Positions 9,552-20,443 of a stretch of DNA of 64,000 bases are shown piece by piece. Below the pieces are notes generated by a model. It saw only the letters and a list, made by a program, of their open reading frames with translations, was not told the DNA's origin and made no database searches. The translations under genes were made by a program, and so were the position numbers. Location: positions 192,001 to 256,000 of the forward strand of contig CALSSJ010000010.1 in NCBI GenBank assembly GCA_943788985.1, read 5' to 3'. The DNA is from an uncultured Lentisphaerales bacterium. Lineage in GTDB: Bacteria > Verrucomicrobiota > Lentisphaeria > JABSQK01 > UBA12247. Within the stretch, counting starts at the first letter, position 1. Every line of letters begins with the position of its first letter.

Positions 9552-11072
9552 TCAGGCTGGCTTTTTCTTGGCCTTCTTCTTCTTGGGCTCTGGGCCTGGA
9601 TCGTGGGGCACCTCGAACTCGGTGCGTAGCCGGTCGAGTTCCTGGTGCAGCTTGGCCCGGACGGTGGCGTACTCGGGGTTGTTGTAGAAGTTCCTGGTCT
9701 CGAGGGGGTCGGCCTTAAGATCGATCAGCTGCCACATGTCGACGTCTTTCTCGTAGAAGTGAATGAGCTTGTAGCGGGTGTCTACGACCGCGTAGTGTCG
9801 ACGTACGTCGTGTGCACCGGGAAATTCGTAGTAGTGGAAATAGTGGGTCTTGCGCCAATCATTCGGGGTGCTGCCTTGTAAGAGAGGCATCAGGCTGCGT
9901 CCTTGCATGTCGCCTGGATCTGGGGCGCCGGCCAGCTGAAGAAAGGTCTGGGCAAAGTCTATCGGAGAGACAATGTCGCTGTTGTGGCTCCCGGGCTTGA
10001 TGATGCCAGGCCAGCGGGCGACGAAGGGCGTGCGTAGGCTTTCTTCGTAGGCCCAGCGCTTGTCAAACCAGCCGTGCTCGCCGAGATAGAAGCCCTGGTC
10101 GGAGCTGTAGATAACGATGGTGTTTTCGGCCAAGCCTGCCTCTTCTAGATAGTCAAGGACGCGGCCAACAGCGTCGTCCACCGAGTCGATGCAGCGCAGG
10201 TAGTCCTTGACGTAGCGCTGATACTTCCACTGTAGGAGCTTCTTGCCCTCGAGTTTTGCTTCTTTGAAAGCCCTGTTCTTGGGATCGTAGGCAGCGCTCC
10301 AAGCTTTCATTTGTTCTGGGTTCAAGCGCGGGGGCGTGAGTTTGAGGTCTTTGGGGAACATGTGCCGCGAGATGGTCATGGTCTGGTTCATGGCCGGCGA
10401 GCCGAGACCTTCGTTTTCGGTAAACAGCGTGGGGGGCTCTGGGATGGTGACGTCGTCGTACTTGGTCAGGTACTTGGGGCCGGGCTGCCAGTTGCGGTGC
10501 GGTGCCTTGTGCTGGGTCATCAGCATGAAGGGTTTGTCGGGATCGCGCTCTTCTTTGAACCACTTGAGCGTGAGGTCGCTGATGATGTCGGTGGTGTAGC
10601 CGGTGTGGTTGACGGTGCCATCGGCGGTCAGCATCGGCGGGTTGTAGTAGGGGCCCTGGCCTTTGAGCACTTCGAAGTAGTCGAAGCCCTGAGGCTTGGA
10701 TTTCAGGTGCCACTTTCCCACCACGGCGGTCTGGTAGCCGGCCTGCTGGAGGAGCTTTGGAAAGGTCTGCTGGTCGCCGTTGAAGGTGTTGTCATTGCGA
10801 ATGAAGCCGTTGAGGTGGCTATATTTTCCAGTTTGGATGACGGCGCGCTGCGGACCACAGATGGAGTTGGTGACGTAGCATTGCTTGAAGAGGATGCCTT
10901 CGTTGGCAATGCGGTCAATGTTCGGGGTCTTGTTGATCTTGGACCCGTAGGCTGAGATGGCCTGATAGGCATGATCGTCTGAAAAGATGAAGACGATGTT
11001 AGGGCGCTTTGCTGACTCCGCAAACAGGCTCCCGGCGACGAGGCAAAGGAGTAGGGCAAGATGGCGAGGCAT
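9552..11072 (-). CDS. Secreted formylglycine-dependent (S1) sulfatase
   Basis: Signal peptide, [25 protein letters not shown] (CxPxR), GKWHL and [16 protein letters not shown]. Confidence 0.93.
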   Translation of the reverse strand: MPRHLALLLCLVAGSLFAESAKRPNIVFIFSDDHAYQAISAYGSKINKTPNIDRIANEGILFKQCYVTNSICGPQRAVIQTGKYSHLNGFIRNDNTFNGDQQTFPKLLQQAGYQTAVVGKWHLKSKPQGFDYFEVLKGQGPYYNPPMLTADGTVNHTGYTTDIISDLTLKWFKEERDPDKPFMLMTQHKAPHRNWQPGPKYLTKYDDVTIPEPPTLFTENEGLGSPAMNQTMTISRHMFPKDLKLTPPRLNPEQMKAWSAAYDPKNRAFKEAKLEGKKLLQWKYQRYVKDYLRCIDSVDDAVGRVLDYLEEAGLAENTIVIYSSDQGFYLGEHGWFDKRWAYEESLRTPFVARWPGIIKPGSHNSDIVSPIDFAQTFLQLAGAPDPGDMQGRSLMPLLQGSTPNDWRKTHYFHYYEFPGAHDVRRHYAVVDTRYKLIHFYEKDVDMWQLIDLKADPLETRNFYNNPEYATVRAKLHQELDRLRTEFEVPHDPGPEPKKKKAKKKPA

Positions 11073-11192
11073 ATAGAGGCTCCAGACTTAGGACCTTCTT
11101 AAACTACACACCGAATGGTCAGCGACAACCCCAACTGACGGCGGTCGCTAGCAAAGCTTGTAGTACCCTAGCTAGAAGTGATTGGATCCTAG

Positions 11193-11239
11193 TTGCATGC
11201 AGCTGGACGCTATGTATACTTTTTGGTTGGCATATCAAA
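11193..11239 (+). promoter_or_regulatory. Putative sigma70 promoter with an overlapping imperfect palindrome upstream of the TonB receptor
   Basis: TTGCAT(11193-11198)-N16-TATACT(11215-11220), followed by TTTGGTTGGCATATCAAA (11222-11239). Confidence 0.45.
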
Positions 11240-11277
11240 CAGATGGTTTACATGCGGATCAGCGCGGAGGCGAGAGG

Positions 11278-13467
11278 ATGAAATTCCTAGGAATAGTGAC
11301 AGCGATATTGGTTGCGATGTTCGCAACTGGGGGAGAGGAGAGGGAAGCGTCGCAGCTGAGCGATACGGTGATTATTGGGGATGCCGCGGCGGTGATGGCG
11401 CTTTCTGGTTCTGGGGCGGTGTTGGAGACGGCAGCGATCCGCACGCAGTCCTATGATGACGTGAATCGCGTGCTGCGGCGCGTGCCTGGCGTCTATGTGC
11501 GTGAGGAGGATGGCTTTGGGCTGTTCCCGAACTTGAGCCTGCGCGGTGTGGACACGAACCGCAGCAGCAAGCTGACGATGATGGAGGACGGGATCCTCAC
11601 GGCGCCCGCGCCGTATTCTGCGCCTTCGGCCTACTATTCCCCAACAGTTGGGCGCATGAGCGGCGTGGAGGTGCTAAAGGGCTCCAGTCAAGTGCGCTAT
11701 GGACCGCATACAACGGGCGGGGCGATCAACTACCTATCTACGCCGATTCCAGAAGCGGAGCAGGGCTATTTAAAGCTGTCGCTGGGCACTGACGAAGAGA
11801 TGCGGATTCACGGGCACTACGGGACTGTCGTCGAGACGGAGCTGGGCCGTGTGGGCTTGTTGGTGGAAGGCTACTACCGGCAGGCGGGGGGCTTTCGGAT
11901 TATTGATGGCGTGGATGGCGAAACGATCAATCGTGACGATACGGGCTTCGAGAATATGGAGCCGATGTTGAAGCTGAGCTGGGAGCCGAAGACGTACCGG
12001 TACCAGCAGTTCGAGCTGAAGCTGGGCTACACGGATCGCGTGGCGAATGAGACCTACCTGGGCCTGACCGATGCGGACTTCGCAAAGGATTCGACGCGTC
12101 GCTACGCAGCGACGCGCTTTGATCAGATTGAAGCAGATCACACGCGGAACTATTTGAAGCATGTGATCGACCTGTCGGATACGGTGATGCTGGAAACGAC
12201 GCTGTATCACAACCGCTTACACCGCAATTGGTACAAGCTGAACAAGGTGAATGGGAATGACTTGTCCGGGGCGCTTGCCGCTGGTGGCGCCGATCTGGAT
12301 ACCCTGCGGGGTTTGGCCGCCGGGACGTTTCGGGTGAAGGCGAACAACCGCAACTATGAGCTGTATGGGGCGCAAACGACGGCAAGCTGGGATCTGGACG
12401 GGCATCAGCTGACGCTGGGAGCCCGCTATCACACGGACTGGATTCGGCGCTACCAATGGGAGGATCGCTATACGCAGGACGCCAGTGGCGCGATCACGGG
12501 GATCGAAAGCTTCTACAAGGGCCCCGACAGCGCTGGAGACCGTTGGCAGGAGACGCAAGCGGTGGCGCTGTTTGTCGAAGATGAGATCACGGTGGGACAA
12601 CTGACGCTGACGCCTGGAATTCGCTTTGAGAGCTTGGAGTATGAGCACATCCGTTATGACAATGGAACGCGCGGACGCGGCTCGCTAGGAACCTGGGCAG
12701 CTGGCCTTGGAGCAACCTATGAGCTCGATGAGCAGAACACCGTGTTCGGCGGCATCCACCGCGGGATTTCGACACCGGGCCCGCGTGCGAACCTGGCAAA
12801 TGGGATCGAGCATGAGACGAGCCTGGCGTTGGAGCTGGGCCTGCGCCACGACAATGGCAAGGGATTCAGCAGTGAGCTTGTGCTGTTTCGCAGTGCCTTC
12901 GACAATCTATTCGTGGATGGAAACGTGGGTGGCACGGGATCGGGGGATTCCGACAACGCTGGGAGCGTGATCTCTCAGGGCCTGGAATTGAAGGCGAGCT
13001 ATGATGCTGGCGAGGCCAACGACTGGTCCTTCAGTCAGCCAACCTTTGTCTCGCTTACCGCGACTGACGCGACTCTTGATGGGGACGCAAAGGCAAGTGA
13101 CCCTGAGTCGATCTTTGCCGGTGGGAAGGACGGGAATCGCGTGCCCTATATTCCGCAGCTGCAGCTGACGGTCGGGACCGGAATTGCCTTTGAGCGCTGG
13201 GGGCTGGAGGTCCTGGGGACGTGGGTAGACGAGACTTACACGACAGCGGACAATGTCTCGAACTCGACGACAGATGTCCGGTTTGGTAAGACGGATGATT
13301 ATCTTGTGGTGGATCTGGCCGCATGGTACAGCGTCAGCGAGATCGTGAAAATCACCGGCTCGGTGCGGAACCTTCTCGATGACGAGTATGTCGTAACGAG
13401 GCATCCACATGGTGCTCGTGGGGGCCGTCCTATTTCCGCAATCCTTGGTCTAGAGATTCAGTTCTGA
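11278..13467 (+). CDS. TonB-dependent outer-membrane receptor (FecA-like)
   Basis: RBS gagagg and signal peptide at ATG 11278; plug motifs LRRVPGVYVREEDGFGLFPNLSLRG and VEVLKG..GGAINY; C-terminal NLLDDEY and terminal Phe. Confidence 0.92.
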   Translation: MKFLGIVTAILVAMFATGGEEREASQLSDTVIIGDAAAVMALSGSGAVLETAAIRTQSYDDVNRVLRRVPGVYVREEDGFGLFPNLSLRGVDTNRSSKLTMMEDGILTAPAPYSAPSAYYSPTVGRMSGVEVLKGSSQVRYGPHTTGGAINYLSTPIPEAEQGYLKLSLGTDEEMRIHGHYGTVVETELGRVGLLVEGYYRQAGGFRIIDGVDGETINRDDTGFENMEPMLKLSWEPKTYRYQQFELKLGYTDRVANETYLGLTDADFAKDSTRRYAATRFDQIEADHTRNYLKHVIDLSDTVMLETTLYHNRLHRNWYKLNKVNGNDLSGALAAGGADLDTLRGLAAGTFRVKANNRNYELYGAQTTASWDLDGHQLTLGARYHTDWIRRYQWEDRYTQDASGAITGIESFYKGPDSAGDRWQETQAVALFVEDEITVGQLTLTPGIRFESLEYEHIRYDNGTRGRGSLGTWAAGLGATYELDEQNTVFGGIHRGISTPGPRANLANGIEHETSLALELGLRHDNGKGFSSELVLFRSAFDNLFVDGNVGGTGSGDSDNAGSVISQGLELKASYDAGEANDWSFSQPTFVSLTATDATLDGDAKASDPESIFAGGKDGNRVPYIPQLQLTVGTGIAFERWGLEVLGTWVDETYTTADNVSNSTTDVRFGKTDDYLVVDLAAWYSVSEIVKITGSVRNLLDDEYVVTRHPHGARGGRPISAILGLEIQF

Positions 13468-13505
13468 TTTTACTCCGCACGCTTCTTGTCCTCGTCACTC
13501 TGGCG

Positions 13506-14090
13506 TTGGTTGCGAACTGCGCACCGGCGCGGCCCGTGGTGCTGTTTATGGGAGACAGCCTGACCGCTGGTTATGGTGTGGACCCAGATGAGGCCTACCC
13601 AGTCGTCGTGGCTGCTGGGTTGAAAGAGCAGGGCGTGGCGGCGCGCGTGATCAATGGCGGCGTGAGTGGGGAGACGACCGCCGGCGGGCGGACCCGGATT
13701 GGGTGGCTGATGAAGCAGCAGGTAGATGTCCTGGTGCTCGCACTGGGGGCCAACGATGGCCTGCGTGGTGTGGCGCCGGAGGCGTCGGCGAAGAATTTGA
13801 GTGCGATCATCGAGTTGGCTCGTGAGGCGAACCCGAGAATTAAGATCTTGTTGGCTGGGATGAAGGTCCCGCCCAACATGGGTGCGGAGTTCTCAAAGAA
13901 GTTCGAGGCGATTTTTGCGGAGATTGCGAAGGAGGATGAGGTGGCGTTTCTACCCTTCTTATTGGAGGGGGTAGGCGGGGTCGACGCGATGAACCTAGCG
14001 GATGGGATTCACCCGAATGCTGCGGGGCAGCGAGCGATCGCCGCGCTGGTTTTGCCGAAGTTGCTGCCGCTGCTGGGGAGAGCGGAGTAA
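13506..14090 (+). CDS. tesA: GDSL/SGNH arylesterase, TesA-like (true start probably slightly upstream)
   Basis: FMGDSLTAG, GVSGETT, LGANDG and DGIHPN blocks. Confidence 0.85.
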   Translation: MVANCAPARPVVLFMGDSLTAGYGVDPDEAYPVVVAAGLKEQGVAARVINGGVSGETTAGGRTRIGWLMKQQVDVLVLALGANDGLRGVAPEASAKNLSAIIELAREANPRIKILLAGMKVPPNMGAEFSKKFEAIFAEIAKEDEVAFLPFLLEGVGGVDAMNLADGIHPNAAGQRAIAALVLPKLLPLLGRAE

Positions 14091-14357
14091 GCCGAGCGAG
14101 TGGGCCGGTCCGAACGGATTGCCTCGCGATGCCAAGCCTAGGCGTAATAGGAGAAGTAGGATCAATGTCCGTTAACGCGCCTGCCGCGTTAGAGTGCGTA
14201 ACCTGATGAATGTGACAGCGTTAGATACGTCTCTGGCGCGTCAGAATCCTGCCTAGGATACAGCTAAAATTGTGAACTCCGACGGGCTTCGCCGTTACCC
14301 ATTTCTACACCAAATTGCCCTTTGGACGACCCAATCAACAGATCGCGATGGGCTAAC

Positions 14358-15599
14358 TCAGCCGAAGTCGTCGAAGCTGATCATATCGCGTTCTACACCG
14401 AGGCTGTCGAGCATGTTCTCGACGGCACTAAGCATCATCGGCGGGCCACAGAGGTAGTACTCGCAGTCCTCTGGAGCGTCATGATCCCGGAGGTAGTTCT
14501 CGAACGCCGCGGTATGAATGAAGCCGCGCATCCCGGTCCAGTTGTCCTCGGGCATGGGCTCCGAAAGGGCCACGTTGAAGGTGAAGTTCGGGAACTCCTT
14601 CTCAATGGCGCGAAAGTGGTCGTCGTAGAACATTTCGCGCAGGGAGCGGGCTCCATACCAATAGGAAACTTTGCGGCCGGTTTTGAGTGTGTGAAAGAGA
14701 TGGAAGATGTGCGAGCGCAATGGCGCCATACCTGCACCACCACCGATGTAGACCATCTCGCGCTCTGTCTCTCTGATGAAGAACTCTCCGTAGGCACCGG
14801 AGATGGTGACCTTATCACCTGGCTTCCGGCTGAAGACGTAGGAGGAGGCGAGGCCTGGGTTTACATCCATGAAGCCGCCTTTGGCGCGGTCGAAGGGCGG
14901 CGTAGCGATGCGAATGTTCAGCATCACGATGTTGCCCTCGGCCGGGTGGTTGGCCATGGAGTAGGCCCGGATGACTTCTTCGTTGTTGACCGTCTTGAGG
15001 CCCCACATTTTGAACTTGTCCCAGTCGCCGCGGTACTCTTCATCAATATCAAAATCTTCGAAGGATGCTTCGAACTTGGGGACTTCAATCTGAATGTAGC
15101 CACCGGATTCGAAGGGGAGGGTCTCACCTTCGGGGAGCTTGACGACGAATTCTTTGATGAAAGTGGCCACGTTGTCGTTGGAGACTACTTCACATTCCCA
15201 CTTGTTGATCGAGAAGATCTCAGCAGGAATCTCGATCTCCATGTCTTCTTTGACCTTGACTTGGCAGGAGAGGCGCCAGTTCTCACGCTCCTCCTTGCGA
15301 TTGATGTGGCTTTTCTCGGTGGGGAGAATTTCGCCACCACCGCTCTTGACCTGGCATTTGCAGACGCCGCAGGTGCCGCCGCCACCACAGGCTGACGGGA
15401 GCAGGACGCCGTTCGATGAGAGGGTGTTGAGCAGGGTGGTGCCCGCTGGGACCTCGAGAGTCTTGCTGGCGTCACCGTTGATCAGGATATTGACGGCACC
15501 CTTGTTGACGAGTTTCGACTCGGCGATGAGGATGGCGATGGTCAGCGCGACTCCGACTGCGGTCAGAATGAGGATGCTGGCGATAATAGTAGTTGTCAT
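14358..15599 (-). CDS. nqrF: Na+-translocating NADH:quinone oxidoreductase subunit F
   Basis: [12 protein letters not shown] [2Fe-2S] motif, [27 protein letters not shown] and terminal DDFG. Confidence 0.96.
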   Translation of the reverse strand: MTTTIIASILILTAVGVALTIAILIAESKLVNKGAVNILINGDASKTLEVPAGTTLLNTLSSNGVLLPSACGGGGTCGVCKCQVKSGGGEILPTEKSHINRKEERENWRLSCQVKVKEDMEIEIPAEIFSINKWECEVVSNDNVATFIKEFVVKLPEGETLPFESGGYIQIEVPKFEASFEDFDIDEEYRGDWDKFKMWGLKTVNNEEVIRAYSMANHPAEGNIVMLNIRIATPPFDRAKGGFMDVNPGLASSYVFSRKPGDKVTISGAYGEFFIRETEREMVYIGGGAGMAPLRSHIFHLFHTLKTGRKVSYWYGARSLREMFYDDHFRAIEKEFPNFTFNVALSEPMPEDNWTGMRGFIHTAAFENYLRDHDAPEDCEYYLCGPPMMLSAVENMLDSLGVERDMISFDDFG

Positions 15600-15623
15600 G
15601 AGTAAGCTCTGCCTGAAGTCGTG

Positions 15624-16247
15624 CTATTGCGCTAGATTCATGCCGGCGAAGGCCATGAAAGCCATGGATATCAAACCGGTCACAAGCATGGTGATCCCAA
15701 GGCCGCGAAGGCCGACTGGGATGTTTGAGTACCGAAGTTTCTGTCGGATTGCGGCCAGGGCCATGATGGCAATTGCCCAGCCAAGGCCGGAAGCGAAACC
15801 AAACTCCACAGATTGAACCAAGGTGTATTCGCGCTCCCACATGAACAGGGATGCGCCGAGGATGGCGCAGTTCACGGTAATGAGCGGGAGGTAGACGCCG
15901 AGCTTGTTGTACAGGCCCGCAGAGAACTTCTCGATGAACATCTCGATGATCTGCACAAACGCTGCGATGACCGCAATGAAGGCAATGAAGTTGAGGAAGC
16001 TGAGATCGACGCCTGGAAGACCAGCCCAGGCGAGTGCACCATCACGAAGCAGGAACTCACCAAGTGCCCAGTTCAAGGGGGTAGCGAGGGTCAGGACGAA
16101 GATCACTGCTAAGCCGAGATCCATTGCGGTCGAGACCTGCTTGGAGCAAGCGAGGTAGGTACACATCCCGAGAAAGAATGACAGTAAGATATTCTTGACG
16201 AAGATCATCTCGATGATGAAATTCAAATGGTTTCCAATGTCGCCCAT
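15624..16247 (-). CDS. nqrE: Na+-NQR subunit E
   Basis: [12 protein letters not shown] and [12 protein letters not shown]; position in the operon. Confidence 0.95.
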   Translation of the reverse strand: MGDIGNHLNFIIEMIFVKNILLSFFLGMCTYLACSKQVSTAMDLGLAVIFVLTLATPLNWALGEFLLRDGALAWAGLPGVDLSFLNFIAFIAVIAAFVQIIEMFIEKFSAGLYNKLGVYLPLITVNCAILGASLFMWEREYTLVQSVEFGFASGLGWAIAIMALAAIRQKLRYSNIPVGLRGLGITMLVTGLISMAFMAFAGMNLAQ

Positions 16248-16250
16248 GAT

Positions 16251-16886
16251 CTAACTCTCCTCTTGTGGACTGAGGGTTCGTTGCACCCAGATGATCAGGC
16301 CGAGCAGAATAAAGGCGCCTGGGGCTAGGACCATCATGCCGTTGTTCGAGTAGCCGAGCTCGTAGGCTTCTGCAGGAATGACTTTGACGCCCATCACGGA
16401 GCCGGAGCCGAGTAGCTCGCGAGCAAAGCCAACGAGCGCGATGATGAATGCGTATCCGAGCCCGTTGCCGAGACCGTCAAGCAGCGATGGCCAAACTTTG
16501 TTGCCCATGGCAAATGCCTCGAGACGTCCGAGAACAATGCAGTTGGTGATGATCAGTCCGACGAATACGGATAGCTGGAGCGACATGTCGTAGGCGAAGG
16601 CTTTGAGCAACTGGTCCACGAGAATCACCAAGGTGGCGACGACGATCATCTCGATGATGATCCGGACCTGACCGGGAATCAACTTGCGGATCAATGAGAC
16701 GATGATGTTGGAGCCACAAACCACAGCGATTACAGCCAAGCCCATGACAATGGAAGGCTGGAGCTTGGCGGTGACGGCCAGTGCGGAGCAGATTCCCAAA
16801 ACCTGAATGGTAATGGGGTTGTTATCACTAAACGGGTCGGTAAAGACCTTTTTATTCTCGTCCGAGAAGAGTTCGCCGGATGCCAT
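16251..16886 (-). CDS. nqrD: Na+-NQR subunit D
   Basis: NNPITIQVLGICSALAVT and VFVGLIITNCIVLGR. Confidence 0.95.
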   Translation of the reverse strand: MASGELFSDENKKVFTDPFSDNNPITIQVLGICSALAVTAKLQPSIVMGLAVIAVVCGSNIIVSLIRKLIPGQVRIIIEMIVVATLVILVDQLLKAFAYDMSLQLSVFVGLIITNCIVLGRLEAFAMGNKVWPSLLDGLGNGLGYAFIIALVGFARELLGSGSVMGVKVIPAEAYELGYSNNGMMVLAPGAFILLGLIIWVQRTLSPQEES

Positions 16887-16888
16887 GG

Positions 16889-17671
16889 CTACCTATCTCC
16901 CTTTCTTATCTTCTCAAAGTAGGAACCGTATGCCTGCAAATAAAGCTTGAGCATGTCAGTGACGCCGTCGCTGGTGATGGTCGCCCCGCTGATGCCGTCG
17001 ACTTCATGCAAGGAGTCTTCGTCTGCCATTCCCGGCTTCATTACCTTTACGGATTGGAATGTGCCTTCGATGTCACGAACGGCCTTGCCGACGAAGTTCT
17101 GCTGGAACCAAGGCTCGGTTATCTCTGCGCCGAGGCCTGGGGTTTCCTTATGGGAGTAGAAGGTGATGCCGCGGAGCGTGTTGAGGTCGCTGTCGAGTGA
17201 GACATAGCCAAAGATGCGTCCCCAGAGGCCGTCACCAACAATCGGGATGGCATAGGCGGCAATGGTGCCGTCGTCGCCACGAAGCTGATAGACAGGGAGC
17301 TGGATGCCAGCGGTCTCTTCTTCCGAGAGGACGGTGCCTTTCTCTTCGCTCAAGAGCAGCTTGTACTGGTTCTGGAGCTTCTTGGCGAGATCGAGCTTGG
17401 TGATATCTGCGCCCTCAATGGCCGTCCCGGTGCTGTCAACGACGACGCTCTCGATTGTGGTGTAGGCTTTAGTGATGCCAGCAGCAGTGGGCTTGGCACC
17501 CAAGTCCACATTAAAGGCCTTGAGGATGTTCCGCTGCTTGTCCAGTTTGACGTTGGCCTGCTTGCGGGACTTGAGCCCCTCAGAGGCAGCGGACAAGAGC
17601 AGGGAGCTGATCACCAAGATAATCCCGGTGAAGAGCAAGACCTGGATACTTGATTTTTCAGGCTTCGACAC
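16889..17671 (-). CDS. nqrC: Na+-NQR subunit C
   Basis: N-terminal TM, GLWG, HKETPGLGAEI and the FMN-attachment motif DGISGATITS. Confidence 0.95.
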   Translation of the reverse strand: MSKPEKSSIQVLLFTGIILVISSLLLSAASEGLKSRKQANVKLDKQRNILKAFNVDLGAKPTAAGITKAYTTIESVVVDSTGTAIEGADITKLDLAKKLQNQYKLLLSEEKGTVLSEEETAGIQLPVYQLRGDDGTIAAYAIPIVGDGLWGRIFGYVSLDSDLNTLRGITFYSHKETPGLGAEITEPWFQQNFVGKAVRDIEGTFQSVKVMKPGMADEDSLHEVDGISGATITSDGVTDMLKLYLQAYGSYFEKIRKGDR

Positions 17672-18836
17672 GTTTCATCCTCCAGGCCATGTGGCGGGAA
17701 ATCACGAAGTAGTCAATGAGCGGCGCGAAGGCGTTCATGAACAAGATTGCGAGCATCATGCCTTCAGGGAAGGCTGGATTAAGAGTACGGATGACGATGG
17801 CGAGGAAGCCGATCAGAAACCCGTAGATCCATTTTCCGGTGTTGCTCTGGGCGGCTGAGACCGGATCGGTGGCCATGAAGACGAGGCCGAAGGCAAAACC
17901 GCCGCTGACTAAGTGGTAACAGAATGGTAGCGCGTTAATGGCGGTGTTATCCTTGCATGCCTGATTGAGCAGGAAGCAGGTGATAAAGGCGCCGATGAGA
18001 ACGCCGAGCATGGTGCGCCAACTGCCGATCCCGGTTGCGACCAAGTAGACCGCGCCCAGCAAACAGCAGAGGGTGGATGTCTCACCGATGGAGCCCGGAA
18101 TAAGCCCAAGGAAGAGATTGGACCAGCCACCGAAAGCTCCGCTGACGCGATCGACGACTTGGACACCGTCTTGCGCAGCTGCGACGAGTAGGGGAGTGGC
18201 ACCGCTAACACCATCGACGCCATCCTTTACGACTCGCCAGACCTGATCGCCGGAAATCTGAGCGGGATAGGCAAAGAAGAGGAAGGCACGAGCGGTGAGA
18301 GCAGGGTTGAAGATATTCATCCCAGTGCCACCAAATACTTCCTTACCAATGACGACACCAAAGCTGATACCGACAGCTACCTGCCAGAGCGGTATGGTGG
18401 GGGGTAAGACAAGCGGGAATAGTAGACCAGTAACCAAGAATCCCTCGTTGATCTCATGTTTGCGGACCACTGAGAAGACCAACTCCCAGATGCCACCCAC
18501 AGCGTAGCTACAGATGACGATTGGCATGACGCGGAGAGCGCCTTCCCAGAGGCACCGGTGGATATCGGTGGGCTGCCCCGGGGCGATGCCGGTCAAGTAT
18601 TGATAGCCAGCATTGTAGATGCCGAACAGCAGGCAAGGCATTAGGGCAACGATAACGCTGGCCATGTAACGCTTGCTGTCGATGGAGTCCCGCACATGGC
18701 ACCCACTCGCGGTGCGCTCGCGGGATACGAACAAAAAGGTCTCTTTTGCTTCGAAAAGCGGATAGAGAAGCTCTAGTTTGCCGCCCTTCTCGAAAAGAGG
18801 CCGCGCTTTGTCAAAAGCGTCTTGAATAAATCGCAC
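17658..18836 (-). CDS. nqrB: Na+-NQR subunit B
   Basis: GKEVFGGTGMNIFNPAL, DGVSGATPL (FMN), GSIGETS and FMATDPVS. Confidence 0.95.
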   Translation of the reverse strand: MRFIQDAFDKARPLFEKGGKLELLYPLFEAKETFLFVSRERTASGCHVRDSIDSKRYMASVIVALMPCLLFGIYNAGYQYLTGIAPGQPTDIHRCLWEGALRVMPIVICSYAVGGIWELVFSVVRKHEINEGFLVTGLLFPLVLPPTIPLWQVAVGISFGVVIGKEVFGGTGMNIFNPALTARAFLFFAYPAQISGDQVWRVVKDGVDGVSGATPLLVAAAQDGVQVVDRVSGAFGGWSNLFLGLIPGSIGETSTLCCLLGAVYLVATGIGSWRTMLGVLIGAFITCFLLNQACKDNTAINALPFCYHLVSGGFAFGLVFMATDPVSAAQSNTGKWIYGFLIGFLAIVIRTLNPAFPEGMMLAILFMNAFAPLIDYFVISRHMAWRMKRVEA

Positions 18837-18853
18837 TCAATTACCTCTTGGTC

Positions 18854-20222
18854 TCAAGCTTCTGCATATAAAAATTCGAGGCCTTCGCGAATAATCTTCT
18901 GCACCGGCGTCTTAGACGGGCAGACATATTCACAAAGCGCCATTTCTTCCTCAGTGACCTCGTAGATCCCGAGGCCAACCATCTCGTCGATGTCCTGAAT
19001 CATGCAACTCTTGACAAGAAACAAAGGAAACATCTTCATCGGTAACACCTTGCCATAGGCGTCGGAGGCAAATAGGGCACGATGGCCACCCCACACCTTG
19101 GTGTCGAGCCGATGTTTCTGCTTGGGCAGCCACGGCGACACATAGGTGCGAAACATACTGTGCTTGCGGAAGCCGGGTTGCATCCAGCCAACGAACTCTG
19201 AATCGATAGACTCAGGAATGAGGGTGACCATGTCATCGTAGAGGCCCACAAATCCCTCAGCGCCAATATCGGTGCCGGTCAGCACGTCTCCGGAAATGTA
19301 GCGGATGGTCTCATCGGCTACCTGGCCCCGAATCACGTTCTGCAGTGGGGCACCATTGATGGTGCGAAAGTAGCGGCGGTCCAAAGCGGAGGTCCCAGCG
19401 ACGCTGACGATCTTTTCCGGCGAGACGCGGCCCAGCACAAAAAGCTTGCCGAGCTGAATCAGCCCTTGGACGGTGATGGTCCAGACGATGTCCTGACGGC
19501 TGCGAACTGGCGCAATGTGGTGAATCTGAACGCCGACAACGCCAGCAGGATGCGGCCCGCTGAATTCGTGTATTTGGCAGTTCTTGGCGCCGCTAAAGGC
19601 GCTGCAGACGGAACCGGTGCCCGGCACGGAGAGATGAACCGCGCCAAGCGTGAGCTTGGCGCAGGCATCAATGCCAGCCTGAAAGTATTCTTCGTTGCCT
19701 TCGACCAGGACGGCGGGGTCGGGGGCAAGTGGCGCGGAGGCAATCGCAGAGACAAAGATGTCACGCGGTGTGTGCTTGGCGCGAGCTACATGTCCAAACG
19801 GACGCTCTCGAAAGAGTGCGAGTTGGCCGCTTTTGACTAGGGTCTCGCGAAGCTGTTCGCTGGATTTCCCCGGGATTGCGGCGGCTGACGTGGCCTCGAA
19901 GCTCACAGCTTCGTTCTTGCCGTCGGACTCAATGTTGACGGCAAGTAGCACGCGGCGATCGCCGCGCACAACGCCGCTGACTTCGCTGACAGTGCCGCTG
20001 ATCGGGGAGGTGAATACCTGTGATTCGTCGTCCTTGGCGTGGAACAACGGGGGTACCAGCAAGAACGCTGTCGCCGTCGCGAACGAGAAGGCGCGGCTTG
20101 ATGCCGATGAAGTCAGCAGGTCTGACCGAGGCAACGGTCGCGAGCGCGCCGTCGACAACTTCAGGATTGCTGTCGCCGGCGATGGGTACGTCATACCCTT
20201 GCTTTAGTGTAAATCTTGCCAT
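18854..20222 (-). CDS. nqrA: Na+-NQR subunit A (one-base frameshift at the G5 run 20049-20053, likely a sequencing error)
   Basis: MARFTLKQGYDVPIAG N-terminus in one frame; SPISGTV, FSGPHPAG and ALCEYVCPSK in the next frame. Removing one base restores GTPLFHAK. Confidence 0.92.
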
Positions 20223-20226
20223 GGGC

Positions 20227-20442
20227 TTAATCCTCGTCGCTAGTCGACTGGTTGGGACAAATTTCGCCGGCTTCCTTCCCACAGAACGGGCAGCTGTCCT
20301 CTCCCTGCTGGCGCAGGAATTCATTGTTGGTGCTGCAGGTGCCGTGAAATTGGCCGTCTTTCAGCAGCAGGATGCGTGCGCACAGTCCAAGCATGAACAG
20401 TGTCATCGCAATTAGAGTAACAACGAAGGTAGTTTGCATCAT
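20227..20442 (-). CDS. Small single-TM Cys-rich protein, NqrM-like (Na+-NQR maturation factor candidate)
   Basis: 71 aa: TM helix, then GTCS...SCPFCG...EIC; 1 nt after the actE stop and 4 nt before the nqrA start. Confidence 0.6.
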   Translation of the reverse strand: MMQTTFVVTLIAMTLFMLGLCARILLLKDGQFHGTCSTNNEFLRQQGEDSCPFCGKEAGEICPNQSTSDED

Positions 20443-20443
20443 G

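Noticed and set aside
14173..14260. Hammerhead ribozyme or ncRNA (CTGATGA plus small hairpins such as TAACGCG/CGCGTTA)
   Set aside because: No GAAA core or three-stem pairing; only short hairpins between convergent genes.
14322..15395. Long antisense ORFs (for example 357 aa opposite nqrF and 325 aa opposite gyrA)
   Set aside because: These are shadow frames of high-GC coding genes with no recognisable motifs.
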